A stretch of 64,000 bases of DNA, taken from assembly GCA_043814605.1 (NCBI GenBank), contig JBDRJV010000022.1, positions 85,305 through 149,304 on the forward strand, given 5' to 3'. A program made the translations under genes and the position numbers. Below are positions 19,545 to 29,081 of this stretch, piece after piece. The stretch comes from Candidatus Omnitrophota bacterium. Its GTDB lineage: Bacteria; Omnitrophota; Gorgyraeia; B26-G9. The notes under the pieces were generated by a model. That model ran no database searches, was not told the origin of the DNA, and saw only the letters and a list, made by a program, of their open reading frames with translations. Within the stretch, counting starts at the first letter, position 1, and every line of letters starts with the position of its first letter.

Positions 19545-20543
19545 TCAATTTTCCTCTTCTTTCATTTTTTTAGAACAAATTCCTTTTAGAAAAAAAAATC
19601 CGTAACAAATATGAGTAAAAAACATTCCACTTACAATAGGAATAAGCAGAAAAATTTTTTTCACAATTTTTAGCTGTTTATCTTTATATAAGCTCCATAA
19701 AACAGAAACAAATATAATGGAAAAATATAACAATAAACAAAAACTATAAATACTTCGCACAGTAGTATTCAGACAAGCTGTTACTACTCCGATTAAAACA
19801 AACAAAACAAACAAGCTGGGAATAAAATATACTATTTTACGTGAAGTTTCCGGAAATTTTTTGGCAAAATATCCCCGGTGCAAAGCATAATTAGCAACTT
19901 GTCTAAAATGCGCCGGACCCAAATTGCGGCGGAAATGATATACTAAAACATCCGGGTCATAAATAATTTTCATGCCTAGTTTTTTTGTAATATCCAGGCA
20001 TAATTTTGTATCCTCCCCCGGGTAAAAAGAACTGTCAAATCCGCCTAATTTTTCAAAGATACTTCTGCGCACAATAAAATTACATGATGGATAATCATTA
20101 ACTTGCATCTTTTTCTGAGGCAGATATCTATAAGTATACGGGCCACTAATAAAAACTGATGAAAAAATGTGTCCGCTGGCATGAGCTAAAACCGGGCTTT
20201 CCAAAGGGGTTATTGATGGCCCACCCACAGCAGCAACTTTAGAATCTTGAAAATTTTTCACAGCATTTATAAGCCAATCATGTTCAGGATATGCATCATC
20301 ATCTATAAAAGCAAAAATATCTGCCTGGGAATGTTTTAAAGCCATATCTCTTTTTTCCGCTGGCCCCATTGGCCCTGTAGGAATGCTTTTAATTTTATTT
20401 TTAAAATTTTCAAAGGGCTCATCCGGAAATATAATAATTTCAAACGATTTATAATCAAGTTTAAGACATTCCTCAATGCATTTCTTAAGGTTAACATTAA
20501 AGTGTTTAACCGGGATAATAATCGCCACTGATAAATTATTCAT
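19545..20543 (-). CDS. Family 2 glycosyltransferase with C-terminal transmembrane helices
   Basis: SVAIIIPVKHFN...DDDAYP GT2 core then two to four hydrophobic helices at C-terminus. Confidence 0.75.
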   Translation of the reverse strand: MNNLSVAIIIPVKHFNVNLKKCIEECLKLDYKSFEIIIFPDEPFENFKNKIKSIPTGPMGPAEKRDMALKHSQADIFAFIDDDAYPEHDWLINAVKNFQDSKVAAVGGPSITPLESPVLAHASGHIFSSVFISGPYTYRYLPQKKMQVNDYPSCNFIVRRSIFEKLGGFDSSFYPGEDTKLCLDITKKLGMKIIYDPDVLVYHFRRNLGPAHFRQVANYALHRGYFAKKFPETSRKIVYFIPSLFVLFVLIGVVTACLNTTVRSIYSFCLLLYFSIIFVSVLWSLYKDKQLKIVKKIFLLIPIVSGMFFTHICYGFFFLKGICSKKMKEEEN

Positions 20544-20586
20544 TTTTTAAAACCTCTCAAACAACACAGGTTTGCCCATCGGTAAT

Positions 20587-21882
20587 CTATAAAACAGGCC
20601 GGCCAACATCTGTATATCTAAATCCTAATTTTTTCATTCTTGCCGCTTCAAAAATATTCCTGGCATCAATAATAATAGGATGATTAAGCAGTTTTTTAAT
20701 CTTTAAAAGATTGAGCTTTTTAAATTCCGGCCATTCTGTGATAATAACTAATGCATCGCTGCCACGCGCAACATCATAAGCGTTTTTGCAAAAATCAACA
20801 TTCGGCAAAAGTTTTTTTGCATGTTCCATAGCTTTAGGATCATAAGCTTTTACCTGTGCCCCTTCACCTTGAAGCATTTTTATAATATCAATTGCCGGAG
20901 CACTACGAATATCATCAGTATTAGGTTTAAATGCAATTCCCAGAACACCAATATTTTTCCCGTTCAAAATCCATAAAGAATGTTCAATTTTTTTAAATAT
21001 TAGTTTCCTTTGTTTTTCATTAACGCGTTCGACTTCTTTTAAAATATCAAACTGACAATCCAGTTTTTCCGCAATTCGGATAAAGGCCTGAACATCTTTA
21101 GGGAAACAGCTTCCGCCATATCCAATCCCCGCTTTTAGGAAACTACTGCCTATCCTTTTATCTAAACCCATCCCTTCGGCTACCTTCTCTATATCTGCTC
21201 CGACTTTTTCGCAAATATTAGCCACAGAATTAATAAAAGAAATTTTCGTCGCTAAAAACGAATTGGAAGCATGTTTAATAATCTCTGCACTTTGAATATT
21301 TGTAACTACTATCGGAACTTTCAGCGGTTTATATAATTTCACTAGAAGCTTTTTTGCTTTTTCACTTTCCACCCCTAAAACCACCCGGTCAGGATGCATA
21401 AAATCATCAATTGCAGAACCTTCTTTTAAAAATTCCGGGTTTGAAGCAACATCAAAATCTATCTTGTGATTATTAAGCCGCATAATATATTTTACCCATT
21501 TATTTGTTTCAACCGGTACAGTGCTTTTTTCCACTACGACTTTATAATTATTCATATAGCGCGCCACATCCCGTGAAACTTGTTCGATATATCTTAAATC
21601 TGCATTACCGTCAGCCTTAGGAGGAGTTCCTACTGCAATAAATATTATTTTTGATTTTTCTACTGCCTTTTTTATATTTGTCGTAAAAAAAAGCTGTTTT
21701 TTTCTGCAATTTTTTTTGATTAACTTTTCTAATCCCGGCTCATAAATAGGGATTATGCCTTTATTCAATTCCTGTATTTTTTCTTCATTATTATCAACAC
21801 AAATAACCTTATTCCCGAGTTCGGCAAAACAAGTTCCAGAAACCAGCCCGACATATCCAGATCCTACGATAGCAATATTCAT
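20587..21882 (-). CDS. ugd: UDP-glucose 6-dehydrogenase (nucleotide-sugar dehydrogenase)
   Basis: MNIAIVGSGYVGLVSGTCFAELGNKV matches Ugd/TuaD N-terminus; 431 aa. Confidence 0.9.
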   Translation of the reverse strand: MNIAIVGSGYVGLVSGTCFAELGNKVICVDNNEEKIQELNKGIIPIYEPGLEKLIKKNCRKKQLFFTTNIKKAVEKSKIIFIAVGTPPKADGNADLRYIEQVSRDVARYMNNYKVVVEKSTVPVETNKWVKYIMRLNNHKIDFDVASNPEFLKEGSAIDDFMHPDRVVLGVESEKAKKLLVKLYKPLKVPIVVTNIQSAEIIKHASNSFLATKISFINSVANICEKVGADIEKVAEGMGLDKRIGSSFLKAGIGYGGSCFPKDVQAFIRIAEKLDCQFDILKEVERVNEKQRKLIFKKIEHSLWILNGKNIGVLGIAFKPNTDDIRSAPAIDIIKMLQGEGAQVKAYDPKAMEHAKKLLPNVDFCKNAYDVARGSDALVIITEWPEFKKLNLLKIKKLLNHPIIIDARNIFEAARMKKLGFRYTDVGRPVL

Positions 21883-21922
21883 TTTTATTTTTCCTTATTT
21901 TTATTAAATTCTAAATCCTGAT

Positions 21923-22861
21923 CTATATATTTTTTAATTTCCGAGAAAACCACTTTGCTGTCATATTAATTCCTTCTTCTAACGTAATTTTAGGCTCCCA
22001 TTTTAAGATTTTTTTTGCCTTTGTAATATCTGGTTTTCTTCTTTTCGGGTCATCCTGCGGTAATGGCTCAAATATTATTTTAGATTGCGACTGTACTGAT
22101 TTTATAATTAAATTTGCTAAATCAAACATATTATATTCTGTGGGATTACCTAGATTTAGCGGCTGTTGATAATCAGTTTCTATCAACCGGCAAATCCCTT
22201 CAATTAAGTCATCTACATAACAAAAAGAACGTGTTTGTTTACCATCTCCATAAATTGTCAAATCAATGTTTTTAAGCGCCTGAATAATAAAATTTGAAAC
22301 AACACGTCCGTCATCAATCTGCATATTAGGCCCATAAGTATTAAAAATTCTGATTACTCGCACATTCAGCTTATGTGAACGCATATAGGCATAAGTTAAC
22401 GCTTCTGCCCCGCGTTTACTCTCATCATAACAACTTCTTAATCCGATGGAATTAACATTCCCCCAGTATTCTTCATTCTGGGGATGCACTAACGGATCTC
22501 CGTATATTTCAGAGGTAGACGCAAGAAAAAATTTAGCCTTATGCATTTTTGCAATCCCTAAGCAATTGTGTGTTCCATTAAGCCCGGATTTTAACGTCTT
22601 AATCGGATATTTCATATAATGTACAGGGGATGCCAAAGAAGCGAAATGAAAAACCCAATCTAATTTACTGGCAAAACAAATCGGGTTTGAAATATCATGT
22701 TCGACAAGACTAAATTTAGGATTTTCTAAAAGAGGCGCAATATTCTCTCTTTGCCCGGTAATGAAATTATCTAGACAGATCACGCAATGCCCCGCATTAA
22801 CAAACCGCCTACATAAATGTGACCCTAAAAACCCTGCACCACCGGTAACCAGAATATTCAT
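21923..22861 (-). CDS. uxs: UDP-glucuronate decarboxylase (UDP-xylose synthase) type SDR
   Basis: MNILVTGGAGFLGSHLCRRF, 312 aa, UXS-like length and motif; directly downstream of ugd. Confidence 0.8.
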   Translation of the reverse strand: MNILVTGGAGFLGSHLCRRFVNAGHCVICLDNFITGQRENIAPLLENPKFSLVEHDISNPICFASKLDWVFHFASLASPVHYMKYPIKTLKSGLNGTHNCLGIAKMHKAKFFLASTSEIYGDPLVHPQNEEYWGNVNSIGLRSCYDESKRGAEALTYAYMRSHKLNVRVIRIFNTYGPNMQIDDGRVVSNFIIQALKNIDLTIYGDGKQTRSFCYVDDLIEGICRLIETDYQQPLNLGNPTEYNMFDLANLIIKSVQSQSKIIFEPLPQDDPKRRKPDITKAKKILKWEPKITLEEGINMTAKWFSRKLKNI

Positions 22862-22937
22862 GCTTAAACCCCATAAAACTCATTTGCATTACTATTTTTT
22901 GAAATAATTAAAAACTCTGATTAATAAATTTAAAACT

Positions 22938-23717
22938 CTATACTTTACTTTTTTCCCTGTTTAATTTAGCCGCTAAACGTTTTGTCCTATTTCTGACAAA
23001 ACGCAAATATATCCACAATGTATCAATACACATCTTATAAACTGTTCCCAATCCAATACGGGTATACTCTCTTTGCGATTGAATACAAACCGGAGCTTCC
23101 GCAATTTTGTATCCGCATCTGTGTATATTTACAAGTAATTCCAGATCAAAAGCAAATTCCCGGCTGATAAATTCACGAAACACATCTTTTAATACGTAAT
23201 GTTTAAAAAGTTTGAGACCAGTTTGGGTGTCATTGATCGGCAAACCAAAAATAATTTTAATAATAAAAAAATATATCACACTCATAATTCGGCGCTGGTA
23301 CGGATAAAAAAGCTGAGAATTGGGATGCATTTTTGAACCAATAACCACATCACTATCCGTTAACTGCATAATGTCAAAAAATGTATCTATTTGGCCGGGA
23401 TGCAAATCCATATCTGCATCTAAAAAAATAATGTATTCCCCCGTGGCAAAACGAAATCCTTTTTTTAATGCCCTGCCCTTGCCATAATTAGCTCTATTTT
23501 TATAGATATTTACATTATTTATAGAATTTTTCGTTATAAACTCTTTTACTTCTTTAAATGTTTTATCTTTACTGCCGTCATCAACAACAATAATCTCATA
23601 ATTTGATTTGAAATTATCAAATGTTTTAATCGTCTCTTGAAGGCTTGAAATAATCCGGTCATCCTCATTATAAGCCGGCATTATTATAGATATTTTACTT
23701 CCATTTAAATTCTTCAT
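22938..23717 (-). CDS. Family 2 glycosyltransferase (polyprenyl-phosphate glycosyltransferase-like)
   Basis: ISIIMPAYNEDDRI...VVDDGSKDKT...LDADMD. Confidence 0.8.
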   Translation of the reverse strand: MKNLNGSKISIIMPAYNEDDRIISSLQETIKTFDNFKSNYEIIVVDDGSKDKTFKEVKEFITKNSINNVNIYKNRANYGKGRALKKGFRFATGEYIIFLDADMDLHPGQIDTFFDIMQLTDSDVVIGSKMHPNSQLFYPYQRRIMSVIYFFIIKIIFGLPINDTQTGLKLFKHYVLKDVFREFISREFAFDLELLVNIHRCGYKIAEAPVCIQSQREYTRIGLGTVYKMCIDTLWIYLRFVRNRTKRLAAKLNREKSKV

Positions 23718-24961
23718 ACTCTTTCACTTTTTAATCCTAACGTATTAATAATAAACAGTCCGATAGAACAACCGCAAACAATATACATTACTTGAAGTAA
23801 ACTATTATGAAAAAGCTTTATCAATCCCGCTTGGAGCAAAACAAATACTCCAAAGATATAAATGAATTTCATATTGTGTACAGACAATTGATAATATAAA
23901 AACACACTACATAATGCATAAAAACTCATACTAATCACAAAAGGCATAACCAGCGGAATACACTCTGGATATACCGTTCCCGCAAGTGCTTTAAGTATTA
24001 AGTTAGGAAAAAGCATGCATATTGCACCTGCAATAAAAGACATTGTTCCCACAATAAATAAACTTTTTTTAAGTGTACCGGTTGTATCCTTATTTTGAGA
24101 GTGCTCTGCAGCTATTTTTGGGAACATAACAATTGTTATTGCTCCGGGTAAATAAAGAATGATCTTGCCGATCATTCTTGCTATCGCAAAATATCCTGCA
24201 TCTTTTGCCGAAAAATAAGGGCTGATTAACTGTAAATCCATATTCGTTAATAAAGCAAAGCTAAAAAGAGCAATAAATGCGGGAAAACAATATTTATAAA
24301 TCCCCCTTAAATCAAGTTTTTCATCAAAATCAGGACTATTTGCATTCGGTCTAAAGAAAAAAAACTTACGTAATGGGATAAAAGCAATAAGAAAGGCTAC
24401 TACTCCTGATATAATAAGCGCAGTTAAGGCCCCTCCTACTCTAAATCCTAATTTAACAATCAATACTCCTAACCCAACCCTTAATAAACCATTAGCAATA
24501 GAGGCAGTTCCTAAACTTTTAAACTTTTCCAGCCCTTGCAAAGCCCCCAGGTTCAGAGGTAAAATTGTTGATATAAACAACAGCACTCCCACAATGATTA
24601 TCAAAAATTCGTTATCAGTTTTATAATAAGTACTGATATTTGAGCGAAAGATAATAAAAACAAGGAGTATCCCTACTCCGACTAACCCCATTTTATATAA
24701 GAATAAACGTAGAAAAGAGCGGATATTATTGTATTTCTTTTCTGCTTTAAAACTAGATATAAACTTCGTTACTACTGCCTGCAAAGTTCCAGTTGGCATA
24801 GCTGTGATCAGTGTTAATCCCATTAACTTATCTAATAAACCAAAATCAACAGGATCTAGCGACCTAACCATAAATAGCTGGTAAAGCAGGGTAAAAATAC
24901 TCGTTAATGTTGTTGCAAAAAACATTATCCCAGCATTTTTAATAAAATTACTAATTTTCAT
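23714..24961 (-). CDS. Polytopic membrane protein, Wzx-like oligosaccharide flippase (MOP superfamily)
   Basis: 415 aa, about 12 predicted TM helices, first gene of the minus-strand glycan locus, 4-bp overlap with next GT2. Confidence 0.6.
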   Translation of the reverse strand: MKISNFIKNAGIMFFATTLTSIFTLLYQLFMVRSLDPVDFGLLDKLMGLTLITAMPTGTLQAVVTKFISSFKAEKKYNNIRSFLRLFLYKMGLVGVGILLVFIIFRSNISTYYKTDNEFLIIIVGVLLFISTILPLNLGALQGLEKFKSLGTASIANGLLRVGLGVLIVKLGFRVGGALTALIISGVVAFLIAFIPLRKFFFFRPNANSPDFDEKLDLRGIYKYCFPAFIALFSFALLTNMDLQLISPYFSAKDAGYFAIARMIGKIILYLPGAITIVMFPKIAAEHSQNKDTTGTLKKSLFIVGTMSFIAGAICMLFPNLILKALAGTVYPECIPLVMPFVISMSFYALCSVFLYYQLSVHNMKFIYIFGVFVLLQAGLIKLFHNSLLQVMYIVCGCSIGLFIINTLGLKSERV

Positions 24962-25143
24962 ATTTAATATATTGTAAATATTTTATATAGATAATTAAAG
25001 ATAAGGTTTTATTTTATCATCAAAGGTTATACGTGTCAACAATATAAGATGTAACATATTTAGTAATAAGTTGTTACGATAGTTTTAACGTTAAAAATAC
25101 TATTTCTTTAAAGTAGTATGGTTTTAGAGGGGAGAGATAATAC

Positions 25144-25953
25144 TTATTTTATATTATCCATACTGCCGGATCGATAGCCTTCGAGATCAACACAAATATA
25201 TCTATAACCGATTGAATTTAGAGCTTTAACTGATTTGTTATCAAGTAGTTTTATTAGCTTTACTATTTTATTTTTTGATACCTCAATGCGAGCAATATCT
25301 CCATGCACTCTAATTCTGAGTTGCTTAAAACCAAAATTTTTCAGTATTTTCTCAGCATAAGCAACTTTTGTTAATTTAGATCTAGTAAGATTAGTCCCAT
25401 AAGGAAACCTTGTTGCCAAACAAGCCTCTGAGGGATTATCCCAGATTTTAAGCTTTAGTTTTTGAGCCAGAGCCCGCACATCTGATTTGTTTATTTTAGC
25501 TTGGGCCAAGGGTGAGATTATGCCTAATTCTTTTAATGCTATTTTACCCGGCCGATAAACTTTAAAATCACTCAGCTGTGATCCATCCAAAACATGGTTA
25601 TATCCTTTTTTTCGGGCAAGATCTAATAATTCAGTCATTATTTTCTTTTTACAAAAATAACAACGCTTACGAGGATTAGCTGTAATAATTTTATCGCTTA
25701 ATATATCAATTTTAATCACTGTATGCTTAATGCTATATTTTTTTGCAAAAGCTCTCGCTGCCTTAACTTCTGACTGGGAGATAAAACTAGAATCAATAGT
25801 AACTGCCCAGACATTTTTTTTAACTACTTGACTACAAATTAGTAATAAAAAACTACTGTCTACCCCACCGGAAAAAGCCACCATAACTTTTCCCAGTTTC
25901 AGAATATTTTTTTTTAAATGATTAAGTTTTATTTTAAGAGACTGTTGCTTCAT
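25144..25953 (-). CDS. PP-loop ATP pyrophosphatase of the TIGR00268/LarE-like family
   Basis: SGGVDSS PP-loop, RCYFCK, and SEACLATRFPYG (SxACLASR hallmark). Confidence 0.7.
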   Translation of the reverse strand: MKQQSLKIKLNHLKKNILKLGKVMVAFSGGVDSSFLLLICSQVVKKNVWAVTIDSSFISQSEVKAARAFAKKYSIKHTVIKIDILSDKIITANPRKRCYFCKKKIMTELLDLARKKGYNHVLDGSQLSDFKVYRPGKIALKELGIISPLAQAKINKSDVRALAQKLKLKIWDNPSEACLATRFPYGTNLTRSKLTKVAYAEKILKNFGFKQLRIRVHGDIARIEVSKNKIVKLIKLLDNKSVKALNSIGYRYICVDLEGYRSGSMDNIK

Positions 25954-26008
25954 TTTTATCTTTTAAGAAAAATCCAGGTAAGTTAATTCACCAAAAGAAT
26001 AATCAAAC

Positions 26009-26845
26009 CTAATCCCTTATGATTAAGCCTTTTTTCTTTAAATAATCTTTAGTTTGCTTAATACTATATTTGCCGTAATGAAAAATAGAAGCAGCTAATA
26101 CTGCATCCGCACATCCTGCGCTTAAACCAGCATAAAGATGGGCTAAACTTCCGGCACCGCCTGAGGCAATAACCGGTATTTTTACTGCCTTTGATACTGC
26201 ACGTGTCAATTCCAGATCATAACCGGATTGTGTGCCGTCACAATCCATACTGGTGAGTAAAATTTCACCCGCGCCTAATTTTTCAACTTTTTTTACCCAT
26301 TGAATAACATCAATTCCAGTAGGTTTTCTTCCCCCGTAAATATACACTTCCCATGAAAGCTTCGACGAAGGACGAAGGACGAAAGACGAAGGACGATTTT
26401 TGAGACCTTTCCACTCTGTGGACTGTGGACTGTGGACTGTGGTCCGGCGCTTTGCATCCACTGCAACTACAATACACTGGTTACCGAATTTTCGTGCTGC
26501 TTTTTTAACAAGTTCAGGATTTTTCACCGCCGCTGTGTTTAAAGACACTTTATCCGCACCTTTTCTTAAGATTAATTCAATATCCGTAAGCGTTCTAATT
26601 CCTCCGCCAACTGTAAAAGGAATAAAAACTTCTTCGGCTGTTCTTTTGACCACATCCAGCATTGTTTTGCGATGTTCATGACTGGCGGTAATATCTAAAA
26701 AAACCACTTCATCCGCTCCCTGCTTTGAATACATCGCTGCCTGCTCAACCGGATCTCCGGCATCTCTGAGGTTGAGAAAATTTATTCCTTTAACCACCCT
26801 GCCGTTTTTCACATCCAGGCAGGGGATGATTCTTTTGGCCAACAT
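26009..26845 (-). CDS. hisF: Imidazole glycerol phosphate synthase cyclase subunit HisF, carrying a ~30-aa in-frame insertion
   Basis: [20 protein letters not shown] ... [20 protein letters not shown]; insertion [31 protein letters not shown] after DAKR, encoded by two heptamer arrays. Confidence 0.92.
   Translation of the reverse strand: MLAKRIIPCLDVKNGRVVKGINFLNLRDAGDPVEQAAMYSKQGADEVVFLDITASHEHRKTMLDVVKRTAEEVFIPFTVGGGIRTLTDIELILRKGADKVSLNTAAVKNPELVKKAARKFGNQCIVVAVDAKRRTTVHSPQSTEWKGLKNRPSSFVLRPSSKLSWEVYIYGGRKPTGIDVIQWVKKVEKLGAGEILLTSMDCDGTQSGYDLELTRAVSKAVKIPVIASGGAGSLAHLYAGLSAGCADAVLAASIFHYGKYSIKQTKDYLKKKGLIIRD
26364..26396. repeat. Heptamer tandem array (GACGAAG x4.7, one unit GACGAAA) inside hisF
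   Basis: Read directly. Confidence 0.85.
26417..26444. repeat. Heptamer tandem array (TGTGGAC x3, then TGTGGTC) inside hisF, 20 bp from the previous array
   Basis: Read directly. Confidence 0.85.
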
Positions 26846-27031
26846 ATAATTACCTCGTTTTACGGTAAAGGTTACGATGCCCGTATCGGCTTACGGTTAA
26901 GGCTAACGTCTTTTAAAATTCGTCCAAGCAGGGGATGATTAGTTTTGCCAACATATAGTTACCTCGTTTAACGGTAAAGGCTACGATGCCCGTATCGTCT
27001 TACGGTTAAGGTTAACGTCTTTTAAAATTTG
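26814..27031. repeat. 109-bp tandem direct repeat, 2 full copies (26814-26922 and 26923-27031) plus a third partial; copy 1 contains the hisF start codon and first ~10 codons, so copies 2 and 3 are decayed duplicates of the hisF 5' region
   Basis: Direct alignment of the two units shows about 11 mismatches of mixed type over 109 bp. Confidence 0.85.
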
Positions 27032-27407
27032 TCCAGGCATCCCCTAATTTATAGAGTTGCCTCCCTGACTTATCATACATATCTATAAGTTCTTCACATA
27101 AATCGATTTTTACAAAGTTAGAATAAAGATCTTTACATTGACTTAGGCTAACAATCATCTCATTACATTCTGCCATAGCGTCATCAATATACTTTTGAAA
27201 CCCGGCCTTCTGATGTCTTTTGGCATAACCTTCAGCAATTAACCTAGGAATTGTTTTGCATGCACGCCTTAATTGATCTACTAAATCAAATTTTTCACAA
27301 TCAGGCAATTTAGGAACAATCTCTTTCATTACCTTAAGCATTAGACTATATGTATTCTTATATACATCTAGATCATGAAAACTTGTGATCTTTTTATTAT
27401 TGTCCAT
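27012..27407 (-). CDS. Four-helix-bundle protein of the TIGR02436 family (23S rRNA intervening-sequence protein / Avd-like)
   Basis: FHDLDVYKNTY...LVDQLRRACKTIPRLIAEGYAKRH...AMAECNEM matches the family pattern F.DL.V...QxrRAAxSIPxNIAEGyxR. Confidence 0.85.
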   Translation of the reverse strand: MDNNKKITSFHDLDVYKNTYSLMLKVMKEIVPKLPDCEKFDLVDQLRRACKTIPRLIAEGYAKRHQKAGFQKYIDDAMAECNEMIVSLSQCKDLYSNFVKIDLCEELIDMYDKSGRQLYKLGDAWTNFKRR

Positions 27408-27470
27408 TTTCTGACCTTACCCCTATCCCATCAACGAAACGGGCTTCGTGACCGTAAGACTTTAACGAAA

Positions 27471-28103
27471 TTATTCTATTTCTCCCGCTATCTTACAAAA
27501 ATTTTCCAATATTTTTAATCCTAAATCAGAACTTTTTTCCGGATGAAATTGAATCCCATAGGTATTTTCTTTGGCAATAATACAGGCAAATTTCTGCCCG
27601 TACTCGGTTGTGGCCGAAACAAATTTTTTTTGCTTTGGCTTTGCATAATAAGAATGCACAAAATAAAAATATGATCCATCTTTAATTCCACTCAAGATGT
27701 TTTTACCTGCGGCTTGCGGCTTGCGACTTGAGACTTGTATCGTATTCCATCCCATATGCGGAATTTTTAAATTAGACTTAAATTTCACAACTTCCCCGGG
27801 AATTATATCCAGCCCCTTATGAACGCCGTGCTCATAACTCTTTGTTAATAACAGCTGCTGCCCCAAGCAAATACCTAAGAATGGCTTACCACAGGCTATC
27901 GCTGCCTTGATTTCCGGGATTAGTTTAAACTTACGCAAATTTTTCATACCGCTAGAAAATGCTCCGACTCCTGGTAAAATTAATGCCTTGGCCTGTTTTA
28001 ATTTATGAATGTTTGCAGTAACTTCGACTTTTGCTCCCACCTGCTCAAAAGCTTTAGCTACAGAATGCACATTTCCCATTCTATAATCAATTACGACAAT
28101 CAT
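27471..28103 (-). CDS. hisH: Imidazole glycerol phosphate synthase glutamine amidotransferase subunit HisH
   Basis: MIVVIDYRMGNVHSVAKAFEQVGA...GICLGQQLL...PHMGWN...YFVHSY; short in-frame heptamer-array insertion at 27707-27737. Confidence 0.92.
   Translation of the reverse strand: MIVVIDYRMGNVHSVAKAFEQVGAKVEVTANIHKLKQAKALILPGVGAFSSGMKNLRKFKLIPEIKAAIACGKPFLGICLGQQLLLTKSYEHGVHKGLDIIPGEVVKFKSNLKIPHMGWNTIQVSSRKPQAAGKNILSGIKDGSYFYFVHSYYAKPKQKKFVSATTEYGQKFACIIAKENTYGIQFHPEKSSDLGLKILENFCKIAGEIE
27707..27737. repeat. Heptamer tandem array (CTGCGGC TTGCGGC TTGCGAC TTGAGAC TTG) inside hisH
   Basis: Read directly. Confidence 0.8.
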
Positions 28104-28164
28104 TTTTTTTCCCTCTCATTGTAATCTATTTATAATTTTTTATTATATCAGAATATTTATATAT

Positions 28165-28192
28165 TTACAGAAACTTATTAAAATATTATAAT
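28165..28192 (+). promoter_or_regulatory. Putative sigma70-type promoter (TTACAG, 16-nt spacer, TATAAT) for the plus-strand GT2/rSAM pair in a divergent AT-rich intergenic region
   Basis: Hexamers read directly; spacing 16 nt; about 45 nt upstream of ATG 28238. Confidence 0.35.
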
Positions 28193-28237
28193 TCTTCTAT
28201 CACATATTGTAAACTCTGGATTACGATTATCTCAAAA

Positions 28238-29074
28238 ATGGGAAAACCATACTTTAGTGTAATTATTCCGACATATAATCGATCTCAATTTCTAAAAACA
28301 GCGATTGAATCTGTTTTGAACCAGACTTTTAAAGATTTTGAATTAATTATTATTGATGACGGCTCTCAAGACAATACTTATAACCTGGTTAAATCCTTTA
28401 AAGATACCCGCATTATTTATAAAAAACAAGAACACCAAGGAGTCTCTTCCAGCCGGAATCAAGGTATAATTTTATCCCGGGCTGAGATTATTGCTTTTCT
28501 TGATTCCGATGACCGGTTTAAACCCCAAAAACTTGAATTGGCAGCAGAATATATTGAAAAATTCCCGGATATCAGAATTTTTCACACTGAGGAATTGTGG
28601 TACCAGAGAAAAAAACTACTTAATCAGAAAAAAATCCATAAAAAACCGGATGGGTTTGTTTTTAAAAATTCTCTTAAACTTTGCTGTATAAGTTTATCAA
28701 CGGTTGTGACAAAAAAATCCCTTTTTAAAGAAGTAGGGCTTTTTGATGAAACTCTGCCTGCTTGTGAAGACTATGAGTTGTGGCTAAGAGCCTGTGTTAA
28801 ATATCCGGTTAAACTTATCCCTTATATTTTAACTTTAAAAGAAGGCGGCCATAGTGACCAGTTATCTAAAAAATATATTGCTATGGATACATTCAGAATT
28901 TATGCAATCGACAAGCTGTTAAAATCTAAAAAAATTACATTAACGCCTGAACAACGTGAAAATGCAATTAAAGAATTAAAGAAAAAATGCCTGATTTATA
29001 TAAAAGGCGCAAAAAAAAGAAATAAAACTAAAGAGGTTGAATCTTACTCAACTTTAATGCAATCTTACAGTTAA
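28238..29074 (+). CDS. Family 2 glycosyltransferase
   Basis: FSVIIPTYNRSQFLKTAIESVLNQTFKDFELIIIDDGSQDNT ... LDSDD. Confidence 0.8.
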   Translation: MGKPYFSVIIPTYNRSQFLKTAIESVLNQTFKDFELIIIDDGSQDNTYNLVKSFKDTRIIYKKQEHQGVSSSRNQGIILSRAEIIAFLDSDDRFKPQKLELAAEYIEKFPDIRIFHTEELWYQRKKLLNQKKIHKKPDGFVFKNSLKLCCISLSTVVTKKSLFKEVGLFDETLPACEDYELWLRACVKYPVKLIPYILTLKEGGHSDQLSKKYIAMDTFRIYAIDKLLKSKKITLTPEQRENAIKELKKKCLIYIKGAKKRNKTKEVESYSTLMQSYS

Positions 29075-29081
29075 ACTTAAA

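Noticed and set aside
26846-27011. T-box or attenuator leader for hisF
   Set aside because: The sequence is a duplication of the hisF start region, not a leader with specifier/terminator-antiterminator architecture
26814-27407. Diversity-generating retroelement (Avd-like gene plus ~109-bp repeats as TR/VR)
   Set aside because: No reverse transcriptase in the window. The two repeat copies differ by mixed substitutions rather than adenine-specific ones. The repeat contains the hisF start rather than a variable C-terminal domain
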